Assembly: GCA_028534125.1 (NCBI GenBank)
Contig: CM052816.1
Location: forward strand, 15,254,001-15,318,000
Source: Lama glama
Taxonomy: Eukaryota
Direction: 5' to 3'
Length of the DNA: 64,000 bases
Shown here: in pieces, positions 1 through 10,008 of the stretch
Position numbering within the stretch: position 1 is the stretch's first letter
Layout of the letters: the number at the start of each line of letters is the position of its first letter
Program-made: the position numbers and the translations under genes
Notes under the pieces: generated by a model
The model's database searches: none
The model's input: only the letters and a program-made list of their open reading frames with translations
Told to the model about the DNA's origin: nothing

Positions 1-1470
1 CTAGAGGTGGTAGGAATTGGATGGATATGGGATATGTTATGGAGAAAGTCAATAGGAATGAGTAGATGTAGTAGGTGAGGTGAAAGAAGCAACACTGTAA
101 CTTGTATTTTTGGCTTGAGGAACTGGATGTAGTGTTCAGTGATATGGAATGACTAGGTTTTGAGGGGAGGGGAAAAGCAAGGTTTCTGTTTTGGCCATGT
201 TAAATTTGGGCTGCTAAATAGGGGAGAGATCTAGGCTAGAATTACAGAAATGTGTCACCATCACTATCACATGGATGATATTTGATTTTATGGGCTTAAA
301 TAAGGAGAGTATGTGGGTAGAGGCCTAAAGAGGATCCAAGCCAGAGCCCTAAGGCTCTTTAGCATTTCAAGGTTGAACAGAAAAGGAATTAGCAAAGGAC
401 ACTGAGAAGTGGCCAAAGAAGTAAGAAGAAAAGTAAAATTCACTCTGGGAGAGGGTAACATCTTGACTGAACCCTGATGAATGCTGCTGAAAGGTCAAGT
501 CAGAGGAGAAAAGGGACCACTTGATTTGACAAACATAGTGATCATTGGTGACGCTAACAAAAGCAGTTGGGAGTGATGAGAGCAGAAACCTGTCAGGAAT
601 GGGCTGAGGAGAAAATATGAAAAGAAGTAGAGAGAGTAACTAGTTAGCTCACAGAAGAAATTCTGCTGTGAAGCAGAGATGAAAAATGAGGCAGTGTCTG
701 GGGATGATTGTGAGGTAAGGGAGGGTTTAGTATGCTGATGAGATAATATGGTAGAGAAGGAGAACTGATGGTGTAGGAGAAAAGGGATAACTGCAGGATG
801 GAAGCCCAGAGAAAGCAAGAGAGTCAGGGATGCAGAGTTCAGCTGGGGAGATAGCCTCTGATAGAGCAGGAACCTTCATTTATTAGAGGAGGAATGAAAG
901 CAGCCAGATGCAGGTGGGTTAGTAGAACTGGTGGTGAGAAGGTTGGGGGTGTTCCTATTTGTGACCTCTTATTTTCTCAGTGAAATATGAGGCATGGTCA
1001 AAAGGACAGAGACTGCAGGAAAAGAAAGGAAGAAGGTAGAAAAGTTTAGGAGATGGGAAAACAGCTGTTCTGAAGAGTGGGAAAATGAGGCAAAGTACAG
1101 GATTTCCAGGCAATGTTGGATGCCTTTTAAAATCTGTAGCTATGAATTTAAAGTGTGACTCATCAGCATGGTTGTTTTCCTCCCAACAATTGCAGGCAAG
1201 TTGGGTTTACCAGGTAAGTGAGACAATGGGAGGGGATAAGTGAGATAAGAGCATTAAAGGAGTGATTTTAATGCACCTCAAAAATCTGAGTAGCTGAGCT
1301 GGAAGGGTAGGAGAGGTGGTCAGATTTTGGAAGTGGCACAGTGTTGTTGAGAATAAGGCAGCCAGGGGTGAGAGGCTGAAGTAGGGTGGAAAAAAAATGA
1401 TCATTGGAGGTGAGGTCAAATTGAGAGACCAAATCAGATGAGTTAATCATCCATGTGGATGTTGATACCT
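1..1470. mobile_element. Old L2 LINE fragments (purine-rich on the plus strand)
   Basis: Degenerate L2-like motifs (ttttggccatgttaaattt, atgctgctgaaaggtcaagt, ttgatttgacaaac); boundaries approximate. Confidence 0.55.
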
Positions 1471-1479
1471 AGAAGTAAC

Positions 1480-2535
1480 TTTTGACTTTTCTCCTCCAGT
1501 ATTCTCATTTTCCATAGTGATTCCACCATCCCATTATTAAAGTCAGAGACCAAGAGTTGTCCTTGGCTCCTCTCTCCTTCACCCCGTTCCATCAAGTCCT
1601 CTTCTACCTTCTTCTAAATAAATCTGAGACCACTCTGTTTCCCCTCATTTACTCTTTAACTCTAGTTCATGCTAGTATTCTCTTTCCTGAACTACTGTTA
1701 ACCTCTCAACTGGTGTCCCTCCCCTTCTTGACCTATTCTCACCAACTTCTCACAGGCCATACAGAGTGAATGAATGTCATAAAAAACAAGTCTATTGACA
1801 TCACCCTTTGTTTTTATAAACCTGCAGTGGCTGTCCGTCATCATTAGGCTCAAGACCAAACTCCTCCAAAGTCCTGTAGGGGCCTGGATCCCTGCTTACT
1901 TCTCCAGAGAAAGCTCATACTACTTTTTTCAGTGTTAATAATTTCCAGCCACACAGGCCTTGTTTCTGTTCCTTGAACAAGTCAGGACTTTTCCCACCTC
2001 TTGGGCACTGCCCTTACCTTTACCTAGTATACTGTTCCTTCAGTTCTTTATGGCTGCATTTATCTCATCCATTAGTTCTTAACTTTGTGAGCACATTTTT
2101 GCTACACACTAGCAGCTGTACCTGTGTTCTTACTTAATAATCACTGCAACCCTGTGAAATAAGTGCTAGTACTATAATATCACCATTTTATGGAAGTGGA
2201 AGTGGCACCCAAACTTGGAGGTTAAAGGTAACTTGCCACATGTCACATTAGATGTGAGCTGAGATAAATTTAAATGTCATCTTAGAGGCCTTCCTTGAAC
2301 AGTCAGTCTGGATAGGTCCCTCTAATATTCCTCTTTATCACATCATGTTTTATTTCTTTACCACACAACATAACTTGGTAATTTTCTTTCTTTTTTCCCA
2401 TCTTCCTCTAGAATTTAAGGTCTCTGTAGTCAGGAACCTAATCTGTCTGGTTTACTACTCTATTTCTGGCACCTTGCACATTGTCTGGTGCATCGCAGGG
2501 ACTTTATAAACACATATATTTCTAATGAATGTGTT
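1480..2535. mobile_element. L2 fragments in the opposite orientation with a nested MIR (~2090-2270)
   Basis: Pyrimidine-rich L2-like 3' region ending in ctggcaccttgcacattgtctggtg...aatgaatg; MIR-like core accattttatggaagtggaag...ggttaaaggtaacttgcc. Confidence 0.55.
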
Positions 2536-2629
2536 GTTGCAGAGTAACCCTCCTTAGAAGGGATGAAGTTAGAATTGAACTTCTTACCTATTTAAGCCAT
2601 GTTTGCTTTATCTTGCTTTACCTTTTCAG

Positions 2630-2832
2630 TCCCCACCTCTGAGACTTCTCCTGGAGCTCCCCCAGTGGGACCTCCACCTCCTTCAAATAAGGCTTCCAGG
2701 CCACCACTTGTGGGGAGTTCTCTCTCCAGCACACAGCCCACAAATTTCCCAGTTGTTGAGTCTGAGACTCTGCTGGAGGATGTGCTGACACCTTTGGAAC
2801 AGGCATTGGAGGATTGCCGTGGCCACACAAAG
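2630..2832 (+). CDS. SRA1: SRA1 (steroid receptor RNA activator protein, SRAP) internal coding exon
   Basis: ttttcag acceptor and AAG|gtaagt donor. Encodes (V)[25 protein letters not shown]...[19 protein letters not shown], recognisable as the SRAP proline-rich region. Confidence 0.93.
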
Positions 2833-3507
2833 GTAAGTGGGAAAGCTCTGATGACCACCAGGTGCAGGTATGGCTCCCAAAAGTACACTTTCTGACCCTA
2901 TGGGCAATGGCTCTTAACCCTTTCTGAGTTAGGGACCCCTTCAGAATCTAAGGACTTCCTAGAAAAATGAACACATGGTTTGGCAGGGTTCACAGTCTTC
3001 AGTAGAAGAGGCTTGTAGGAACAAGAGTTGAATTTAACTCCCATTAGCAATAACTTCCTCGTTTTTGTACCCTCTAGGTCATTTAGAGCAAATCTTGCTG
3101 ATTTTATGTTCAGGGAGGGAGAGGGAGACTCCCTTTTTCTATCTATAATGTTTCCTAAGTTCTCTTGAGGCAAGGGATCTGAGGAGTCTTAAAGGACAGT
3201 AACAGAGTGATCTTCACCTCTTTGGTCCTTAGTTTACTTATTTGTAAAGTAGCACTTTAGAATGAATTTCTGAGCATCTGAGAAACTAGAAATTTTAAAA
3301 TTCTAGCCACATGTGCATTTTTCTTGGAAGGAGATCCATAGATTTCATCAGCGTCTCAGTGGGGCCTCTAATCTTTGAAGAACCATAACTCTAAGACTGA
3401 GTGTAAAGTTCTTGGGCCAGAGAAAGCAGGTGCTTCCTATGTGGCACTGCCTTCCCTGCCTCTGTTAGGCTGGCAGCATTGACTTGGAGGGGGCTTCTGT
3501 CTCTCAG

Positions 3508-3616
3508 AAGCAGGTATGTGATGACATCAGCCGACGCCTGGCTCTGCTGCAGGAACAGTGGGCTGGAGGGAAGCTGTCAATGCCTGTAAAGAAGAGGATG
3601 GCTCTGCTTGTACAAG
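3508..3616 (+). CDS. SRA1: SRA1 penultimate coding exon
   Basis: ctctcag acceptor and G|gtgtgg donor. Encodes [36 protein letters not shown]; phase 0 in, phase 1 out, consistent with the neighbouring exons. Confidence 0.93.
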
Positions 3617-3765
3617 GTGTGGCTGGGTCCCTTTGTATAGCCTAAGTCCCTCATCTTGCTGTGGCTGGCCAAGCTGAAATAGGTGCTGAGATTTTTGACT
3701 GGGAGGGGAGGAGTAGCAGCTACGTCTTGCTTCAGGCTGCTTGCTCAGCCCCTCTCTCTCCTCAG

Positions 3766-3977
3766 AGCTTTCAAGCCACCAGTGGGATGCAGCAGATGAC
3801 ATCCACCGCTCACTCATGGTTGACCATGTTACTGAGGTCAGTCAATGGATGGTGGGAGTTAAAAGATTAATTGCAGAAAAGAGGATTCTGTCTTCAGAGG
3901 AGGAGGCCAATGAAGAGAAATCTACAGCCACAGCTGAGCAGAACCAGACTGTACCAGGCATCCAGCAGGCTCCATAA
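3766..3977 (+). CDS. SRA1: SRA1 last coding exon
   Basis: ctcctcag acceptor. Encodes (E)[39 protein letters not shown]...GIQQAP; stop TAA at 3975-3977. Confidence 0.95.
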
Positions 3978-4162
3978 TCCTTTGGTTTCCCCAGACTGAT
4001 TTCACATTGTCTCCTATGCCTTGGTATGGGAGGTCTTCTCTCACTTGGCTCCTTTTTACCACTTCAGAGACTGTCTGCCCCTTTTGGGTGCTTAGCCTGG
4101 CCCACCTCTAGGGGAAGAGGTCCCACAGAGGGGTCACTTGTTACCCATACCGTATGCATTTC

Positions 4163-4168
4163 AATAAA
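4163..4168 (+). terminator. Polyadenylation signal of SRA1
   Basis: AATAAA about 185 nt after the SRA1 stop codon, followed by TG-rich sequence. Confidence 0.7.
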
Positions 4169-5145
4169 TACATCTCATTGTGGGCCCTGGGTAGGAGAGA
4201 TGAGCCCTTCCTATGCCATACTGGTTCCCTTTGGTGTCCTTGACTGCTGTGCTCCCTGTGTACCATACAGACCTCTGTTCATCCTCTACTCATGAATGGC
4301 CTTGCTATGCATGACCAGATTACTGCCTGCCACTTTCTCTCAAATTAGACAGAAACGCACATCCCTTGCTGGGCTGAGTAACCCTATGTTTTTGGAGGGA
4401 TGACTTTGTTTCAGCATGAGAAAAGAGGCTTAAAAAGCATGAGGAAATTTTTCCCTCAAGAAAAGGAGACTGCCCTATTTGTACTGCATCATCCTTGAGG
4501 AATGCAAATATTACTAAGGTTAGCTGTATAAATTGAAGGAGAAAAAGACCAGATTGCTGAGCTATAGGATCATTTTTCCCCCCCTGGGGGTGGGGGTCAG
4601 GGATAGTAAGATCTTGACTCTTTATCTGATTCACCAAATAAGCTGCTGCCTTTGGGTCCTAAGGTCTGGAGGACAACAGAACCAGGTGGAAGGGCCTAGA
4701 GAGGTTCATACTGTGCTGTGAGAAGGCAGAGGACAGGTTTTCAGTGTTGTAATAAAGTTGGTACTTACAGGTGGGAGGCAGAAAAGGCACAGGGAGAGAC
4801 CAAAGAAAGCTGGGTATAGACTGGGGCAGTGCTTTTTTCCTGCTTTGGAATAACTAGCGAGGGACTGCTGGAGAGGCCTGATTCCAGAAAGGCCACTTCC
4901 TGGAAAGGCTAGGAACAGTCCTTGGCAGGGGTCAGGCTATTGCTGTTTATGGTTTGGTGGCTCCTATGGCCGGCCCCCAAAGCCTGCCTCAGGCTCTAAT
5001 TGCTGCTGGAAGTAGGCCAGTGGGACCTGGAAAGGGACCTGGGACCTCTGATCCTAACCAGGTTTGCTGGGGCCCTCAGCTTTATGGCTGAGATGAGAAG
5101 ATCAGCATTGAGGACAGCACTGGAGCCAAGGCATTTCTTTCAATG

Positions 5146-5151
5146 TTTACT
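5146..5151 (-). terminator. Candidate variant poly(A) signal (AGTAAA) of EIF4EBP3 and the read-through transcript
   Basis: AGTAAA on the minus strand about 310 nt after the EIF4EBP3 stop; I saw no canonical AATAAA in this 3' UTR. Confidence 0.4.
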
Positions 5152-5457
5152 AAAGTAGTCAGAAAGTGACATTCTCCGTTCCCTAGCCCTAGTCCCAAAC
5201 TCAGCCTGAGCCAAGGGCCAGGGGTTGGGAGCAGTGCCTACAGACCTAAGAGAAAGTAGAGCTAAGGGCTTGGCACTTTGCCCACTCCTGTCCCTGGTCT
5301 AGCTGCCTTGGAACTAAGGGAGGCCCCATACCAACAAGTCACCGCCTTCTGGATTAGATGAGGCCAGCTGGCCTTTGGATATCCCAGAAAAAGGAGGTAG
5401 CAGCAGCAGCATCACAGGGATTCCTTTAACTCCACACACAGGGTCATCTGCACTGGA

Positions 5458-5486
5458 TTAGATGTCCATTTCAAATTGTGCATCAT
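5458..5486 (-). CDS. EIF4EBP3: EIF4EBP3 exon 3 (coding part)
   Basis: ttttttctctccag acceptor. Encodes (D)DAQFEMDI-TAA, which ends in the TOS motif FEMDI. Confidence 0.95.
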
Positions 5487-5636
5487 CTGGAGAGAAAAAA
5501 GGCAGAAGGACTGGTTGCTGGGTTGGGGGTCTGCAGGCTCAGTCTCAGTGCAGAAGCCTCTCAGAACTGAATCCCCACTCTACTTAGGCATTTGGACTCA
5601 AAGCCATTTCATAATTTTAGGGCCTGCTTTCCTTAC

Positions 5637-5810
5637 CGGGTATCTCTTCCGCTGTCTCCTTTTGCTCCTTCAGCTCCTCCAGCTTGGAAGGTGGGGCTGT
5701 TGGAGGAGTTGTGACCCCGGGAATCTGAGGGAGGCAGCAGGGGGGTGTCCGGGCAATGGGTGAGTTCTTGCACTCCAGCAGGAACTTTCGGTCGTAGATG
5801 ATCCTGGTGC
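5637..5810 (-). CDS. EIF4EBP3: EIF4EBP3 exon 2 (dual-coding; also read in a second frame in ANKHD1-EIF4EBP3)
   Basis: cttgacag acceptor and G|gtaagg donor; 174 nt. Encodes (G)[36 protein letters not shown]...EEIP with the eIF4E-binding motif YDRKFLL. Confidence 0.96.
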
Positions 5811-6859
5811 CTGTCAAGGGGTAAGGGCTATGTAAGAGGCAGGAGCTTGTGTCTCCAGACACAGGTTTTTTAGGGACCAAGAGGTCACATTTTCTCGTGC
5901 TTTAAAGGGCTACTGCTGTACAGCCCAGCCAGAATCTCAGCTGACTAGCCTTCACAGCAGACTTCTGGGCCTAACCGAGAGGCGTCTAAGTGTCAAAAGT
6001 AGCATCCCAGCTGGTCTAGGCAGGGGCTTTTGGGTGAGGGGAGCTTCAGGTTTTGGCTCTAGGAAGAGCAGTGGACTTGGATCTCAGGTACTTCAGGATG
6101 CTCTTGTCCTGCTCTGCTGGCTCTGGAACTTCATTGCTTTGGTTCACAGGGTGGGGCTTAGCCCTCCAGCCTCAGTTGGATGAGGAAGCCAAAAAGCAGA
6201 TGTGAAGGCTAGTCCTGCCACCTGGGCTCTGATGGCCTGCTGGGAGGAGCTGTGTTCCTCCTGTGGAACACAGGGACATACTGTTCTTTTCCTGACCCCT
6301 CCTAAGTCCTAACAGGCTCAGCCCAGCCTCGAAGAACTTGGCCCGAATTGTCCTCAAATGACCCTACCCTATTCTCACCCCACCACTTCCCCTCCACTTG
6401 GCAGGAATCCCTGGGTAGGCACGATCCCAGGCTGTTCGACCAATCAGCCACTAGCAAGCCACGCAGCACAGATACCTGAAACCCTTGGTTCCCAACTGCC
6501 ATAGTCCTGCTCTGGCAGCTTTGCAGGACCTCGTTGCTTCCTGCTGAGACCACACTCAGTTGAGGCCTTGACCTACCTCCCAGGCGGCAAAATCAGGAGT
6601 AGGGGGTGAGCAAGGTGCCCAGAAGCCAGGCCACAGTGAGAATTTATGTACAGTGTCACCAGAAAGTAGGCTCAAGACCGTCTTGCATCACTTCGAGGTT
6701 TTATGGAACTGGGCTTTAGCTCCAAGCCCCCACCTTACTCAAAGCTGCAATCTGCTGAGGGGCCTGCAGACTAGTCCAGGTCCGCACCTGCCTACCCAAG
6801 TCCCGCGACAGACACGCTGGCCTGCCTGCCGCCAGTTGACCCCAGCCCAGCCCGCTGAC

Positions 6860-6962
6860 CTCCCGGGGTAGTGGCGTATAGCGTGCCCCCCGGCGTGATG
6901 CTGTAGCAGTCGGGCAGCTGGTCCCTGCCCCCGGGAATCGGGCAGCTCGTGGATGTGGACAT
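6860..6962 (-). CDS. EIF4EBP3: EIF4EBP3 exon 1 (coding part)
   Basis: ATG at 6962-6960. Encodes [34 protein letters not shown]; donor G|gtcagc. The three exons sum to 306 nt (101 aa plus stop). Confidence 0.95.
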
Positions 6963-7029
6963 AGCGAACAGGAGAAGCAGAAGACAAGAGGTTGGTGCTG
7001 GTGCTGAGGACGCGGAAAGCAGCCGACCG

Positions 7030-7240
7030 ACTCAGTCGACCACGTGCGGCAGCAGCAACACAAGGACTACGTCACGCCCGGGGCGGGCCAGCTGTCACTC
7101 AACCAGATGATCCCGCCCTATCCGCGCTAGAGCAAGCACGGAGCTCTGCGAAAAGTTGGAAGGAGTCCCAGGACCTGCACCGACCTCCTGTTTCCTGGCC
7201 CAACATTGGCCAGCCTGCCTGTGAGCGCTGCAGCCGCTCA
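7030..7240 (-). promoter_or_regulatory. CpG-rich EIF4EBP3 promoter
   Basis: Locally high CpG density. E-box CACGTG at 7041-7046, CRE-like TGACGTA (minus) at 7068-7074, GC box GGGCGG near 7081, CCAAT (minus) at 7205-7209. Confidence 0.7.
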
Positions 7241-7289
7241 GCTGTTTACTATTTACTGTTTACAGGGGGCGCTGGGTCAGGTGAGGTAT

Positions 7290-7490
7290 GGCACACATTA
7301 CTGTCATGTATTAATTCACCCATTCCTCTCAACAGTTTCGGACAGTTAAGCACTATTAAGCCACATTTTACAGGCGAGGACACCAAAGCCCAGAGAGGTT
7401 AACACGATTCAACGTCATGCACTTGTAGAAGGGGGAATTTGAGTGTATCTGATTGCAGAGCCTGTGTCCTTAAGCACAGATGTGTACTGC
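7290..7490 (-). mobile_element. MIR SINE
   Basis: cattttacaggcgaggacaccaaagcccagagaggttaa resembles the MIR core. Confidence 0.6.
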
Positions 7491-8039
7491 CTCCCATTAA
7501 TCAATTACAGTACAGGGTGAAAAATGCCTTGATGCACAGCACCAAGGGGAAGATGAGAGGGAGGGTGGGCTTTCCGGAAGAAGTGATACCTGGACTGATT
7601 AAAGGATGAATAAAGACTGGGGAGCAGGAGATGCCTGATCTCTTTGCCATAGCTAACTAATCCCAGGAAACTTAAGGAAAAGCTGGCTGGGGGCTGATGA
7701 GGAGGGCTTGGTCTTTAGCCTTCTGGAAAGAGAGAGTACGAGGTCAGAGAGAGTATGGCCTTTAAAAGAAGATTTTTTGATGTAGGCACACTAATGTGAA
7801 AGGAGGCAGGAGAGAGGTGATGGTAAGTATCAAGTCTAGTACCTATATACACTAAAAATCTCAACTTGATCCAGTTGTCCGATGTTTTTAGCTTCCTCAA
7901 AATCAGTATACCCCTACCAAAACCCCATCCTGCAAATTAATTATAGACCACCTGACCGTGCATTTATCAGTGTTACTTCTGGCTTCATCAAATTTTCTGA
8001 TTTTTTCACTCATTAAAAGATACTGTATTTTACAAGTAA

Positions 8040-8205
8040 AAGCGCTTCTCAAACTTTAATGTGCACATAAGTCACCTGGAGACCTTGTTAAAATGAGGAT
8101 TCTAATACAGTAGGTGGGACTTGAGATTCCGGGTTTTTAATAAAATCCCACGTGATGCAGACCCTTAGGTCTGCAGGTCCTTAGAATCACACTTCAAATA
8201 GCAAG
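8040..8205. mobile_element. MER5-like hAT-Charlie DNA transposon relic
   Basis: cttctcaaactttaatgtgcacataagtcacctggagaccttgttaaaatgaggattct...cacacttcaaatagca. Confidence 0.65.
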
Positions 8206-9898
8206 GATATGTATATTTTATTGTTCCAAAAAGGCTTCTGAGCTACTTACAAAGCAGTGTAAGCCCAAGGATCAGATTGTGAGGAACCATTTATACTCAA
8301 CTTTTAAGCAGGGTGAGTAAGCAGTCTAGTGAGGGGAGTTGGGGATGGGATGGACAACAGTGAGACTGAAGGTGAAGACTCTAGCCTAGTGAAATGGGGT
8401 GGGCAAAAAGTGGCTGTGAGGATGAAGAGAAGTGAAGGGGATCTAGATACACAGAGAAGGAAGGATAAGGTGACTGATTAAGGGTGGGGTGAGAGAGGAG
8501 ATAAGCTAGGATAATTCCTGATCTTCTGAGTTGACAGTCTTGGTAGCTAGGAGTCCCGTGTGATATAACAGAGAAAACAAGAGGTGGGGTATATCTTATA
8601 TTGGGGGATGTATCATGTGTGTGGAACGCTCAGATGGAGAAGCATTGTAAGGAATCAGATATACAGGTCTGAAACTACAAAGGAAGAACTCTGAGCTTGA
8701 TTCAGATTTGTGGAGTGAAATCCAAGAGCGTGGGATGAGATCATGGCGGGAGAAGATACACCAAAAGAAGAGACCTGGAAACATCAACATTTATTTAAGG
8801 GGTTGCAGAGGAAGAGGATTTCACCAAAAGAGACTGAGAAAGAAGAGCCAGAGTAGAACTAGGAGAGAAGTGTCAGATGTTTTCAAGAAGGATCAGTTTG
8901 GAAGTGAGATCTCCCTTTTATTAATCTCTACTGTAAAACAGCAGCAGCAGTTACTACTACTAAAAGACTACTACTAGAAGCTTACTTTTCTTGAGATGCT
9001 GTGTGCTATACGGGCTGGGGAACTAGAGAACAGGTAGTTGGCTTTAGGGAGAAAGCCAGATTCATCATCTATTCAACCTGGATGAAGGACCAAGAGTTTA
9101 AATCTGAGGGTCGCTCAACACTGATTGCCCATTAGAGATTAGAGTATGAGAGCTTTAAAAATAAATTCTTATGCCCAGGTCTCAACCCCAGAGATTTGAT
9201 TAGACTTATAGGGGAATACCAGGTCTCTGCTACTAGGCAAATTACTTTGAACTCACAACAATACCATCAAGATAGAACAGGAGGAGGTGAAAAGTAATCA
9301 CAAAATAGGTTTGCAATCTGACCATTAGATTCATGACTTTGTTTTCCAAATTAGGTCAAGCCCAGGCTCCTGCCTTTTATTGGAGGTGGTCTTAACACAC
9401 TGTAAGTTTTGGATATTTAAAACCACCTTTCTCTCACCCATTTCCTACAAGAGAGCGTGAAACTAAAGTAACCTGTCAAATAACATTGACAAATGGTGAC
9501 AAATCTTTGAGGGTGAATAGAAAATGCAGTGTTATCAGAGCCCCTCACCCTAGGACAGTGTCAACAGTAAGATGTCATGACCAGCCACACTTCTTGGTAG
9601 AAGAGCTCTACGGCTAAAGAACAAGATGTTCAGAATCTGTTTTCCTACAGGCTTGTTTGTCTCTTCCTGGGTTTACAATGTGGTACAAAGGTTTTAATCA
9701 GTAGGACAGAACCATGTATACTAAGTACTCCTCTCTCTTTGGCTTGAAACTCTAATATGATCAGCCTTTCCTCTTCTAAAAGCTACGTCAAACCAAGGAT
9801 GGTCCCCTCATTTACTAATTTTGAGGTTGGGAAGAGGATTTGGTCAGAATCTGTAAGAACAAATGGAAGCTATAGTTCTAAGTCCTGAGATTTCTTAC

Positions 9899-10008
9899 CT
9901 CTGGTTAGGAGAGGCCACCATTGGCTGTCCAACTCTCTTCTTTGGTCTGGTTAGCTGAGGTGATGAGATTTCCCCTTTGAGAGCAGGGACTGAAGGAAGC
10001 AGACTGGC
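9899..10008 (-). CDS. ANKHD1-EIF4EBP3: Intergenic bridging exon of the ANKHD1-EIF4EBP3 (MASK-BP3) read-through transcript
   Basis: cccttttatag acceptor and AG|gtaaga donor; 110 nt. Open in ANKHD1 phase 0: ASLLPSVPALKGEISSPQLTRPKKRVGQPMVASPNQ(R), matching the recalled human MASK-BP3 tail. Confidence 0.9.

Noticed and set aside
4320..4637. 105-aa minus-strand ORF between SRA1 and EIF4EBP3
   Set aside because: No recognisable protein family and no clear splice context; likely a chance ORF.
6992..7402. 136-aa plus-strand ORF divergent from EIF4EBP3
   Set aside because: Non-AUG start, spans the GC-rich promoter and ends in a MIR; no recognisable domain.
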